From assembly GCA_020832005.1 (NCBI GenBank), contig JAFIFN010000004.1:5662-69661 (forward strand): a DNA stretch of 64,000 bases. Reading direction: 5' to 3'. The position numbers and the translations under genes are program-made. The first letter of the stretch is position 1. Every line of letters starts with the position of its first letter. The DNA comes from Gammaproteobacteria bacterium (GTDB lineage Bacteria > Pseudomonadota > Gammaproteobacteria > Steroidobacterales > PWYM01). This document shows, piece by piece, positions 18,968 through 26,750 of the stretch. The notes under the pieces were generated by a model, which was given only the letters and a program-made list of their open reading frames with translations, made no database searches and had not been told where the DNA came from.

Positions 18968-19723
18968 ATGACAGCAGACGTGCTGAGCAGGGAGTTGCGC
19001 GCGGCCAGCAGCGGCGGCCAGTGCCTTGAACTGCTGTCCGAGAGCCGCCGCGTCCTGGACTTCGGCATTGTCGGCTTTCGTGACCGTGTCGACTCGCCGG
19101 TAGCACCTCGGCTGGCCGATGCCGAGCACTGGGCCAGTCGCTTCGGCTGGCCTGCTGGATTCATGGCTGGATGGCTTGCCGGGAATCACGCCAGCCACTT
19201 TCCCCGGTCCAGCACCCCACGCCAAGCTGACACCCCCTCATACTGGTACCTGCCCGATCTCAACGACGCAAGAACGGTGGGAACGCTAGATGTGAGGAAG
19301 ATGGCTGCGGCACGCTACATGCGCGGGTTCGGAATCAGCGGTGGGGTAACTATTCCGGTCCGCCGACCATTCGGCCAGATCGGCTGCCTCACCTGGATCA
19401 TGTCCGAGGGTCGAACCGTGTCGCTGGACGGGCCACGGCTGTTGACGATGCAACACTTCTGCCGGGATTTCTTCGAGGCACTCGACCACTGCGGCGGTTG
19501 GCGCAGCACCGCCCCGCTCTCGCCACGTGCTCTTGAGTGTCTGCAGCTGGCCGCATGCGGACTCTCGGACAAGCAGATCGCCCACCGCATCGCACGCTCC
19601 GTGGATACGGTGCGCTTCCATATGAAGGCGGCCATTCGGCAGCTCGATGCGGTCAATCGGACCCACGCTGTGGCGCTGGCGGTGCGCGCCGGCCTCATTG
19701 GTGCACTTGGCGGCAGGCCCTGA
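18968..19723 (+). CDS. LuxR-family transcriptional regulator (N-terminal ligand-binding-like domain + GerE HTH)
   Basis: About 251 aa. The C-terminal LSPRALECLQLAACGLSDKQIAHRIARSVDTVRFHMKAAIRQL is a canonical LuxR/GerE HTH. The N-terminal roughly 170 aa has the size of an autoinducer-binding-type domain. No luxI-like gene occurs in the window. Confidence 0.8.
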   Translation: MTADVLSRELRAASSGGQCLELLSESRRVLDFGIVGFRDRVDSPVAPRLADAEHWASRFGWPAGFMAGWLAGNHASHFPRSSTPRQADTPSYWYLPDLNDARTVGTLDVRKMAAARYMRGFGISGGVTIPVRRPFGQIGCLTWIMSEGRTVSLDGPRLLTMQHFCRDFFEALDHCGGWRSTAPLSPRALECLQLAACGLSDKQIAHRIARSVDTVRFHMKAAIRQLDAVNRTHAVALAVRAGLIGALGGRP

Positions 19724-19754
19724 TCCGGGGCCGATTTCGCTGGTTCGAATCACT

Positions 19755-20516
19755 GTGATTGGATGGCTGGCAAGCTGGTGGCGCCGTCGGTCCAGGACCC
19801 CCATCGCCGATACGCTTTGGTCGAAAATCCTGCTGGCACTTCCGTGGCTGTCGCAACTGGAATCCAGGGAGCTGCTGGAGCTTCGGGTACTCGCTGAGCG
19901 ATTTCTCAGGCAAAAGCAGATCCTGGCTGCTGGCGGGCTGCAGATGAACCAGGGAATCCAGGCAACCATCGCCGTCCAGGCCTGTCTGCCCATCCTGTAT
20001 TTGGGCCTGGACTGGTATCGGGGCTGGTATACGGTGGTTGTCTACCCGGATGACTTCGTCGCGCCCTTCGAGTACACCGACGAGGACGGCGTGGTGCACA
20101 GCGGAGAACGCGAACTGTCCGGCGAGGCCTGGCCGGATGGGCCTGTCGTGCTGTCCTGGCACAGCAGCCAGGCGGACAGCGGCGTGCAGCGTGCCGGCAA
20201 CCTGGTCATCCACGAGTTTGCCCACAAGCTCGATCTGCTCAACGGCGATGCCAATGGCCTGCCACCGCTGCATGCAGGCATGTCGCGAAGTAACTGGGTC
20301 AGGGCTTTCAGCGAGGCCTACGACGACTTCTGCCGCCGCGTCGACCACGGCGAATGGACGGCATTTGATGAGTACGCTGCCGAGGATCCGGGCGAGTTCT
20401 TCGCCGTCATCAGCGAGTGGTTCTTCACCGATCCACATGCCGTGCGGGCACATTACCCGGAGGTCTACCAGCAGCTGTGCGCCTTTTATCGACCCCGACG
20501 CGAGGCCCACACGTGA
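19755..20516 (+). CDS. mtfA: MtfA-like zinc metallopeptidase (M90)
   Basis: 253 aa from GTG 19755. Carries the HEFAHKLD zinc motif and YAAEDPGEFFAV. Length and layout are as in E. coli MtfA. Confidence 0.75.
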   Translation: MIGWLASWWRRRSRTPIADTLWSKILLALPWLSQLESRELLELRVLAERFLRQKQILAAGGLQMNQGIQATIAVQACLPILYLGLDWYRGWYTVVVYPDDFVAPFEYTDEDGVVHSGERELSGEAWPDGPVVLSWHSSQADSGVQRAGNLVIHEFAHKLDLLNGDANGLPPLHAGMSRSNWVRAFSEAYDDFCRRVDHGEWTAFDEYAAEDPGEFFAVISEWFFTDPHAVRAHYPEVYQQLCAFYRPRREAHT

Positions 20517-23500
20517 GCCCGGGCGCCTGGGCTTTCTGGATCGATCGCGGCGGTACCTTTACCGACGTCGTGGCGCGACGTCCTGACGGGCAGCTGGTGA
20601 CGCTGAAGCTGCTATCGGAGGATCCGCAGCGTTATGGCGATGCCGCCGTCGCAGGCATTCTGCGCCTGCTCGACGCAGCCCCCGAGCTTCCACGCCGCAT
20701 CGACAGCGTGAAGATGGGCACGACCGTGGCAACCAACGCGCTGCTGGAGCGTCGCGGTGAACCGTGCGCGCTGGTGATCACGGCGGGCTTTGCCGATGCC
20801 CTGGCCATCGGCTACCAGCAGCGCCCGGACCTGTTCGCCCTCGAGATCCGCAAGCCCGCAGTGCTGTACACGCGCATCGTAGAGGCACACGAGCGCATCG
20901 ATGCTGACGGCTCGCTCGTACGGCCGCTCGACACGGCACGGCTGGAAGAAGCGCTGAGGGCCGTGCGCGCCGAGGGACTCTCGGCCGTGGCGATCGCCCT
21001 GTTGCATGCCGACCGCTACCCCGAACACGAACGCACGGCCGCCACCTTGGCACGCGCCGCCGGATTCACGCAGGTGTCGGTCTCCCACGAGGTCAGTCCG
21101 CTGATGAAGCTGGTCCCGCGGGGTGATACGACCACCGTGGACGCCTACCTCTCGCCGGTGCTTCGACGCTACGTCGACCAGGTGCTCGACGGTCTCCAGG
21201 GCCTGGTGCCGGCCGAGCGCCTGCTGTTCATGCAAAGCCATGGCGGGCTGGCTCAGGCAACCCACTTTCAGGGCAAGGACAGCATACTCTCGGGGCCGGC
21301 GGGCGGTGTCGTCGGCATGGCGGAGACCTCGGGCAGCGCGGGTCTTTCCCAGGTGATTGGCTTCGACATGGGCGGCACCTCGACCGATGTGTCGCTGTAT
21401 GCCGGCGAATTCGAGCGCACGCTGGACAGCGTTGTCGCAGGCGTACGTATCCGCGCACCCATGCTGCGCATCCATACCGTCGCCGCCGGTGGCGGCTCGA
21501 TCCTGCACTGGCGCCAGGGCCGCCTGCAGGTGGGGCCGGACTCCGCAGGCGCCCAGCCGGGACCCCTGTGCTACCGAAACGGCGGACCGCTCACGGTCAC
21601 CGACGTCAACGTATTCCTGGGGCGCTTGCAACCCGACTTCTTTCCACAGCTGTTCGGCCCCGAGGGCACGGATCCGCTGGATGTCGCAGCCGTACAAAGT
21701 GCTTTCGCCAAGCGCGCCGCGCAGATCGGCGCCGACACTGATCGGCCGATCACCGCCGAGGCAGTAGCCGAGGGGTATCTGGCGATCGCGGTGGAGAGCA
21801 TGGCCAGTGCGATCAAGCAGATCTCCACGCAGCGCGGCCATGACGTCAGCCGCTACGCGCTGTGCTGTTTCGGCGGCGCCGGCGGTCAGCATGCCTGTCG
21901 CGTGGCCGACGCACTGGGCATGCGTGAGGTGTACATCCACCCGCTGGCAGGCGTGCTCTCGGCCTACGGCATGGGCCTGGCAGATCTTCGCGTCACCCGC
22001 GAACGCACGGCGGAGTTCGCGCTGGCCGATGCACACGCGCCGGCCCTGGCAGCACTGCTGCAGGCGCTTGCCCGGGAATGTACCGAGGCGCTGCAGGCCG
22101 AGGCGCTTGAGACCACCGGCAGCGAACTCGTTCATCGACTGCTGATCAAGCTCGACGGCAGCGACAGCACCCTGACCATCGACTGCACGCTGCCGCTGGA
22201 CGTCGATCGCGTCACGCAGGCATTCCACGCCGAGCACGCGCGCCGCTACGGCTTCCAGGAACACGGCACCGCACTGATCGTCGATGCCGCGCAGGTCGAG
22301 GCAATCGGTCGCGTGCCGCGACATACCGAGGCGCGCTTGACGGCAGCGGACAGTGTCACCCCCCCTCCCGCGCTGGCCGAACGCCAGGTGTTCTGCGATG
22401 GTGTCTGGCGTCGTGTCGAGTTTCACGATCGCGACGCCTTGCGTCCGGGCATGCGGCTGGAAGGACCTGCCGTGATTGTCGAGGACAACGCCACGACCGT
22501 GGTCGAGCCAGGCTGGGTGGCAGGCCTCAATGCCTATGGTCCCCTGTTGCTCGAGCGCCGCGATGCCATGGTGCGGCAGCACCACGACCATGAGCGGCCC
22601 GACCCTGTGCTGCTGGAGATTTTCAACCGGCTGACCATGCATGTGGCCGAGCAGATGGGCGTGGTGCTGGAGAACACCGCCGTCTCGGTCAACATCAAGG
22701 AGCGCCTGGACTTCTCCTGCGCGCTGTTTGACGGCGATGGCGAACTCATCGCCAATGCGCCGCATATGCCGATTCACCTGGGCTCGATGGGCGAGAGCGT
22801 GCAGGCCGTGATGCGGGCTGCCCGCGACGTTGTCGCCAGCGACGTCTACCTGCTCAACGACCCCTACCACGGCGGAACGCATCTGCCCGACATCACGGTC
22901 GTCACACCGGTCTTTGCAAGCGCCGACGACCCCATGCCGTCGTTCTGGGTCGCCTCGCGCGCCCACCATGCCGACATCGGCGGCATCACGCCCGGCTCGA
23001 TGCCACCCGAGAGTCGCAACATCAACGAGGAAGGCGTGCTCTTCGACGTGTTCCGGCTGGTCGAGGACGGCGAACTGCGCACCGAAGCACTGCTCGAACG
23101 GCTGACCGAGGGTCCGTGGCCGGCGCGTAATCCGCGCCAGAACATCGCCGACCTGAAAGCCCAGATCGCGGCCAATGCGCGCGGCATCCGTGAACTTGAA
23201 CGCGTGATCGGCCACTACGGCCTGGAGACGGTCCGCGCCTACATGAAGCACATCCGCGCCAATGCCGAGGAAGCCGTACGCGAAGTCGTGGATCGGCTGC
23301 ACGACGGTGAGTTCGTCATCGACATGGATGGCGGCGAGCGCATCTGTGTCAGCGTGCGGATTGACCGGGCACGCCGCGAAGCCTGCATCGATTTCACCGG
23401 CACCTCCGCGCAGAGTTCACGCAACTTCAACGCACCTGCCGCGGTCGCCAAGGCGGCCGTGCTGTATGCCTTCCGTGCACTGGTGCGCACGGAGATTCCA

Positions 23501-24133
23501 CTCAATGCCGGCTGTCTTGCGCCACTGACGATCATCAACCCGCCCGGCTGCCTGCTCAACCCCGCGCCGCCGGCGGCCGTCGTGGCCGGCAATGTCGAGA
23601 CCTCGCAGTGCATCACCGACGCACTGCTCGGCGCACTCGGCGTACTGGCCGGTTCCCAGGGCACGATGAACAACCTGACCTTCGGCAACGCCACGCATCA
23701 GTACTACGAGACCCTGTGTGGTGGGGCTGGTGCGGGTGACGGCTTTCCCGGGGCTGATGCCGTGCACACGCACATGACCAACTCACGCCTGACCGATCCC
23801 GAGGTCCTCGAGCATCGCTATCCGGTGCGCATCGAGCACTTCGGCATCCGCCAGGACTCAGGCGGTCAGGGGCGCTACCGTGGCGGCCACGGCGTGATCC
23901 GCCGCCTGCGCTTTCTCGAGCCGATGTCTGCGTCCATTCTGTCGAACAACCGCTGCTGCAGGCCATTCGGACTCGCGGGCGGCGAACCCGGCAGTCCCGG
24001 CGTCAACCGCCTGCTGCGCGCAGATGGCCGCGAGGCGCTGCTGCCGGCCTGCGCAAGCATCGACATGGCTGCCGGAGACCAGCTTGAGATCACCACCCCC
24101 GGGGGCGGTGGCTACGGCTCAGCCGGCAAGTGA
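20513..24133 (+). CDS. 5-oxoprolinase / hydantoinase A-B fusion (HyuA+HyuB)
   Basis: About 1206 aa from GTG 20513, which overlaps the mtfA TGA (GTGA). The N-terminus [12 protein letters not shown] is hydantoinase_A-like. The C-terminal half carries [11 protein letters not shown] and GGGGYG, typical of hydantoinase_B/oxoprolinase. Confidence 0.9.
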   Translation: MSPGAWAFWIDRGGTFTDVVARRPDGQLVTLKLLSEDPQRYGDAAVAGILRLLDAAPELPRRIDSVKMGTTVATNALLERRGEPCALVITAGFADALAIGYQQRPDLFALEIRKPAVLYTRIVEAHERIDADGSLVRPLDTARLEEALRAVRAEGLSAVAIALLHADRYPEHERTAATLARAAGFTQVSVSHEVSPLMKLVPRGDTTTVDAYLSPVLRRYVDQVLDGLQGLVPAERLLFMQSHGGLAQATHFQGKDSILSGPAGGVVGMAETSGSAGLSQVIGFDMGGTSTDVSLYAGEFERTLDSVVAGVRIRAPMLRIHTVAAGGGSILHWRQGRLQVGPDSAGAQPGPLCYRNGGPLTVTDVNVFLGRLQPDFFPQLFGPEGTDPLDVAAVQSAFAKRAAQIGADTDRPITAEAVAEGYLAIAVESMASAIKQISTQRGHDVSRYALCCFGGAGGQHACRVADALGMREVYIHPLAGVLSAYGMGLADLRVTRERTAEFALADAHAPALAALLQALARECTEALQAEALETTGSELVHRLLIKLDGSDSTLTIDCTLPLDVDRVTQAFHAEHARRYGFQEHGTALIVDAAQVEAIGRVPRHTEARLTAADSVTPPPALAERQVFCDGVWRRVEFHDRDALRPGMRLEGPAVIVEDNATTVVEPGWVAGLNAYGPLLLERRDAMVRQHHDHERPDPVLLEIFNRLTMHVAEQMGVVLENTAVSVNIKERLDFSCALFDGDGELIANAPHMPIHLGSMGESVQAVMRAARDVVASDVYLLNDPYHGGTHLPDITVVTPVFASADDPMPSFWVASRAHHADIGGITPGSMPPESRNINEEGVLFDVFRLVEDGELRTEALLERLTEGPWPARNPRQNIADLKAQIAANARGIRELERVIGHYGLETVRAYMKHIRANAEEAVREVVDRLHDGEFVIDMDGGERICVSVRIDRARREACIDFTGTSAQSSRNFNAPAAVAKAAVLYAFRALVRTEIPLNAGCLAPLTIINPPGCLLNPAPPAAVVAGNVETSQCITDALLGALGVLAGSQGTMNNLTFGNATHQYYETLCGGAGAGDGFPGADAVHTHMTNSRLTDPEVLEHRYPVRIEHFGIRQDSGGQGRYRGGHGVIRRLRFLEPMSASILSNNRCCRPFGLAGGEPGSPGVNRLLRADGREALLPACASIDMAAGDQLEITTPGGGGYGSAGK

Positions 24134-25660
24134 CAGGCTTCGGGTCAGGGGCATCGACGAGATGCGCGTGCTGCCCAGGCGATGGGCGATATTGAAGATC
24201 AGGAACTCCGAGGGCCGGCTCAGCGCAATGCCCAGGACGATATTCAGCTGGGGGGCACCGTGGCGATCCTGAACCACCGTATCCGCATCGCACTTGACGA
24301 ACCAGGACTGTTCGGGCGTATGGCCGGCAAAGGCGCCCTGTTCATGCAGTTCCTGCAGAAACATCGAAGCCTGGCGACGCACGCGCGCCCACAGCACGGG
24401 ATCGTTCTGTTCGAACACCAGCCAGCGGGTTGCCCGACTGACACTGTCGAGCACGTGCAGGGCCAGCCGGCGCTGGGTCAGCGACTGCCACTCATGGGCA
24501 CTGGCCGAACTGCCCGCAAGCGTTGCGTCGCCGCGCAAAACGCAGGCGCCGCCGGCTGCGCGACTGAAGACGTTGATGCCCAGCCTTCGGAGCTTCTGGG
24601 CCATTTCGGGCGGGACGTCCTCGGCGGGCGCGAGACTGCCCCGCAGCAGTCCTGTCTGCGAATCCAGCGCACGCCATAGACCGGCCGTCGCATCCTTGCG
24701 CGCAAGCATGCCGGCGATTGCCCCACAGGCAGGCAGCAATCGCTCGGCCGTGTCACCGCGACGCTGCAGCCTGGGGTAATAAGTCATCGCGTTACCGCTG
24801 GCCAGACCCAGTTCCGCGGCTTCTTTCATCGCTATACGCGCACTGCTCCATGCCCTCGGCGGATCGAAAACCAGCATCACGCCGCGCTGGCGACAGAAGC
24901 GCTCGGCTGCGACCAGCGTGGTCAGGCCCAGGTCACGGTTCGGCGCCGGCGGCGGCAGACACAGCAGCGAGAGTTCATCACAGGCGTTCAATGCGAACAG
25001 GCCCGTGCAATCCGTGGCAGAGCCTACGAGATCGTAGTCGCAGAGATCATCGCCATCATGGCCATCGGCTCGCAGGTCGATGTAACTCACGGCCGCGCCC
25101 GCCGAGCTCGACACCGTGCGATCCGGCCGCTGCAGCGGACAGGGTCCTGCAAGGCGGACCAGCGACGAGCCCATCAGCGCATCACCGAGATAGTCCTCGC
25201 TGCCGGGTTGCACCGTCAGGCGTCGGTAAATCTCCTGGTCCACCACGCGCCGGGGCTCAGTGTCGCTGAGCCGCTGGACGACCAGGTTGAAGCGCAGCGG
25301 CTCGGGTTCCACGCGGTCGTGATCGACCGAGATGCGCAGGTGCTCATGCCGGCCGGGGTCACGTGCGCGCAGGATGATGCGACCCTCGCCCGCGGGCATG
25401 TGCAGCGTCGCGCAGGCGCCGCGGTTGATCACCCGCACGACGCGGGCGTGCTGACCGCCGTGCTCGAAAAACTGCGTGACCGCATGACTGAGCCATGACG
25501 AGGCCGTGGGCGTACCGAAGATGCGCTGGTACTCGGCAAGACTGCTGATGGCCACGGCCTCGTTGACGGGACCGCGCCGGGCGCGACCGACAAACCCGAC
25601 GACCGTCGGACGCGTCATGGCGATGGGCTGACCCGCTGCCGGATATTCGGCAACGGTCAT
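24119..25660 (-). CDS. phage-tail/contractile-injection sheath family protein (orphan, diverged)
   Basis: 514 aa from ATG 25660, with GGAG 7 nt upstream. The N-terminal block VVGFVGRARRGPVNEAVAISSLAEYQRIFG...FFEHGGQHARVVRV matches sheath family blocks. So does the C-terminal block GINVFSR..VLRGDATL..EWQSLTQRRL...WLVFEQNDPVLW...FLQELHEQGAFAG...SWFVKCD. Confidence 0.75.
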   Translation of the reverse strand: MTVAEYPAAGQPIAMTRPTVVGFVGRARRGPVNEAVAISSLAEYQRIFGTPTASSWLSHAVTQFFEHGGQHARVVRVINRGACATLHMPAGEGRIILRARDPGRHEHLRISVDHDRVEPEPLRFNLVVQRLSDTEPRRVVDQEIYRRLTVQPGSEDYLGDALMGSSLVRLAGPCPLQRPDRTVSSSAGAAVSYIDLRADGHDGDDLCDYDLVGSATDCTGLFALNACDELSLLCLPPPAPNRDLGLTTLVAAERFCRQRGVMLVFDPPRAWSSARIAMKEAAELGLASGNAMTYYPRLQRRGDTAERLLPACGAIAGMLARKDATAGLWRALDSQTGLLRGSLAPAEDVPPEMAQKLRRLGINVFSRAAGGACVLRGDATLAGSSASAHEWQSLTQRRLALHVLDSVSRATRWLVFEQNDPVLWARVRRQASMFLQELHEQGAFAGHTPEQSWFVKCDADTVVQDRHGAPQLNIVLGIALSRPSEFLIFNIAHRLGSTRISSMPLTRSLSLAG

Positions 25661-25753
25661 GCCTGCACTCCACGTCTCGAGCGATCCGGCGTCCATGAGA
25701 TCCTGCAGCGGAAATGACGCCATCATACCCAGCAGTTGTGCCTGATGCAGCAT

Positions 25754-25776
25754 CAGACACAAGATATTGTGATCTG
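25754..25776. promoter_or_regulatory. imperfect AT-centred palindrome upstream of the sheath gene
   Basis: The minus-strand reading is CAGA(T)CACAA-TATC-TTGTGTCTG, a 9-bp-arm palindrome with one bulged base. It is locally AT-rich against a GC-rich background and lies about 95-115 nt upstream of ATG 25660. Confidence 0.3.
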
Positions 25777-25823
25777 CGTCGCCGCTCAGACGCGTCAGCG
25801 GATCCGCGAACAACCCTGGCGGG

Positions 25824-26600
25824 TCAGTTCAGACCCTGGCCCATCAGCACCAGGCGCAGCCACACCAGCAACAGCACGCCGCAGACCACGCCACTGAGTT
25901 GCAGGCGCAGACGCACATACCAGCGCGCCAGCACGTGCTTGCCTGGCACCGCCCACTCATACAGCCACCACAGCGCGAAACCCAGCAGCAGGATCAGCGT
26001 GGCCAGCGCAGGGTCCTGCCACATCAGCAATGCCACCCAGCCCACCAGTGCAGGCACGACCGACAGTCCGGTCATCAGGCGCGCCTTGAAGGGCTTCACC
26101 GGTCCGGCCAGCGCCACACCCCAGTGCACGGCACCGACGAAGGACAGGATTACCGCGGCATAGCTGAGCAGAAACCGCAGCGTGTCCAGGCCGAAAAAAA
26201 CCTGCGGTCCCAGCAGCAGAACCAGCGCACCCCCAAGCACGAAGGGGATCAGGCCCGCGTAGCCCAGCGCGCGGGCAAGTCCGACGAGATGATCTGCGCT
26301 GCCCGATGACACCGGCGTGGTCAAACCGAGCTTCGCATACAGCTCAAGCGGGCCCCCGACGAAGTGTCCATCAAGAAAACACTGGGGCAGTCGCCGCGAG
26401 CCCGTCTGCCCGGCGAGTGCACGGAAACTCTCGCGGTTGTCTTCATCGCCCATCGGCAGGCGCAATTCATGGTGCTCGATGCCGGCCTGTTGCAGTCGCT
26501 GCAGCAGTTCCCGGCTATCCGTCAACGCCGAGCCGACCACGACGACCCGTGAGTCCCGGCTTGCGGTCTTGATGCGCGAAAATATGTTTTCTTCTGCCAT
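25824..26600 (-). CDS. glutaredoxin-like domain (no CxxC) fused to DUF3429 membrane domain
   Basis: 258 aa. Residues of about 15-95 follow the Grx fold pattern (VVVVGS....., RRLPQCFLDGHFVGGPLEL), but the CPYC position reads ALTD. The C-terminal roughly 150 aa is polytopic (4-5 TM helices), consistent with DUF3429. Confidence 0.7.
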   Translation of the reverse strand: MAEENIFSRIKTASRDSRVVVVGSALTDSRELLQRLQQAGIEHHELRLPMGDEDNRESFRALAGQTGSRRLPQCFLDGHFVGGPLELYAKLGLTTPVSSGSADHLVGLARALGYAGLIPFVLGGALVLLLGPQVFFGLDTLRFLLSYAAVILSFVGAVHWGVALAGPVKPFKARLMTGLSVVPALVGWVALLMWQDPALATLILLLGFALWWLYEWAVPGKHVLARWYVRLRLQLSGVVCGVLLLVWLRLVLMGQGLN

Positions 26601-26603
26601 GGT

Positions 26604-26750
26604 TCAGCCTTTTCCGCTCGACGCATCGCCGCTCGGTGCGCTGTCAGGCGTCTGGGAGCGCCGCGCCTGTTCCTCGCGTGCGGCTTGCTCCTCGGCCTGC
26701 TTGCGCTCGATCTCCTCGAGCATGACGCGCATCCATTCACTCATTTCCAT
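26604..26750 (-). CDS. 48-codon micro-ORF (charged helical peptide), not in ORF track
   Basis: Translated by hand as MEMSEWMRVMLEEIERKQAEEQAAREEQARRSQTPDSAPSGDASSGKG. Third positions are mostly G/C. It overlaps the upstream gene stop (26737) and ends 3 nt before the next ATG (26600), which looks like operon-style packing. Alternative in-frame ATGs lie at 26744 and 26732. Confidence 0.4.
   Translation of the reverse strand: MEMSEWMRVMLEEIERKQAEEQAAREEQARRSQTPDSAPSGDASSGKG

Noticed and set aside
19742-19751. GGTTCGAATC, a tRNA T-loop-like string between the LuxR and mtfA genes. It could be a tRNA or an att-site remnant.
   Set aside because: The flanking bases cannot form a T-stem (GCTGG / CACTG do not pair), and no acceptor, anticodon or D-arm can be drawn. 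It is judged coincidental.
20612-23302. 896-aa ORF on the minus strand, the second-longest minus-strand ORF in the track after the RND permease.
   Set aside because: It is entirely antisense to the well-supported oxoprolinase gene. Its composition is Arg/Ala/Gly-rich and low-complexity, with no recognisable motifs. This is a typical shadow ORF of a GC-rich genome.
25661-25813. 51-codon N-terminal extension of the sheath ORF, from TTG 25813 just 10 nt after the upstream stop.
   Set aside because: - Sheath homology begins right at MTVAEYPAAG.
- ATG 25660 has a GGAG at optimal spacing.
- The extension has visibly weaker G/C third-position bias.
- The extension contains an AT-rich palindrome.

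This is not excluded. Proteomics could revive it.
26522-26740. 72-aa track ORF between the hydrolase and the Grx-like gene.
   Set aside because: It overlaps the downstream gene start by 79 nt and has an implausible Arg/Ser/Ala-rich composition. A different frame gives a well-packed 48-codon ORF with proper codon bias (reported as 26604-26750).
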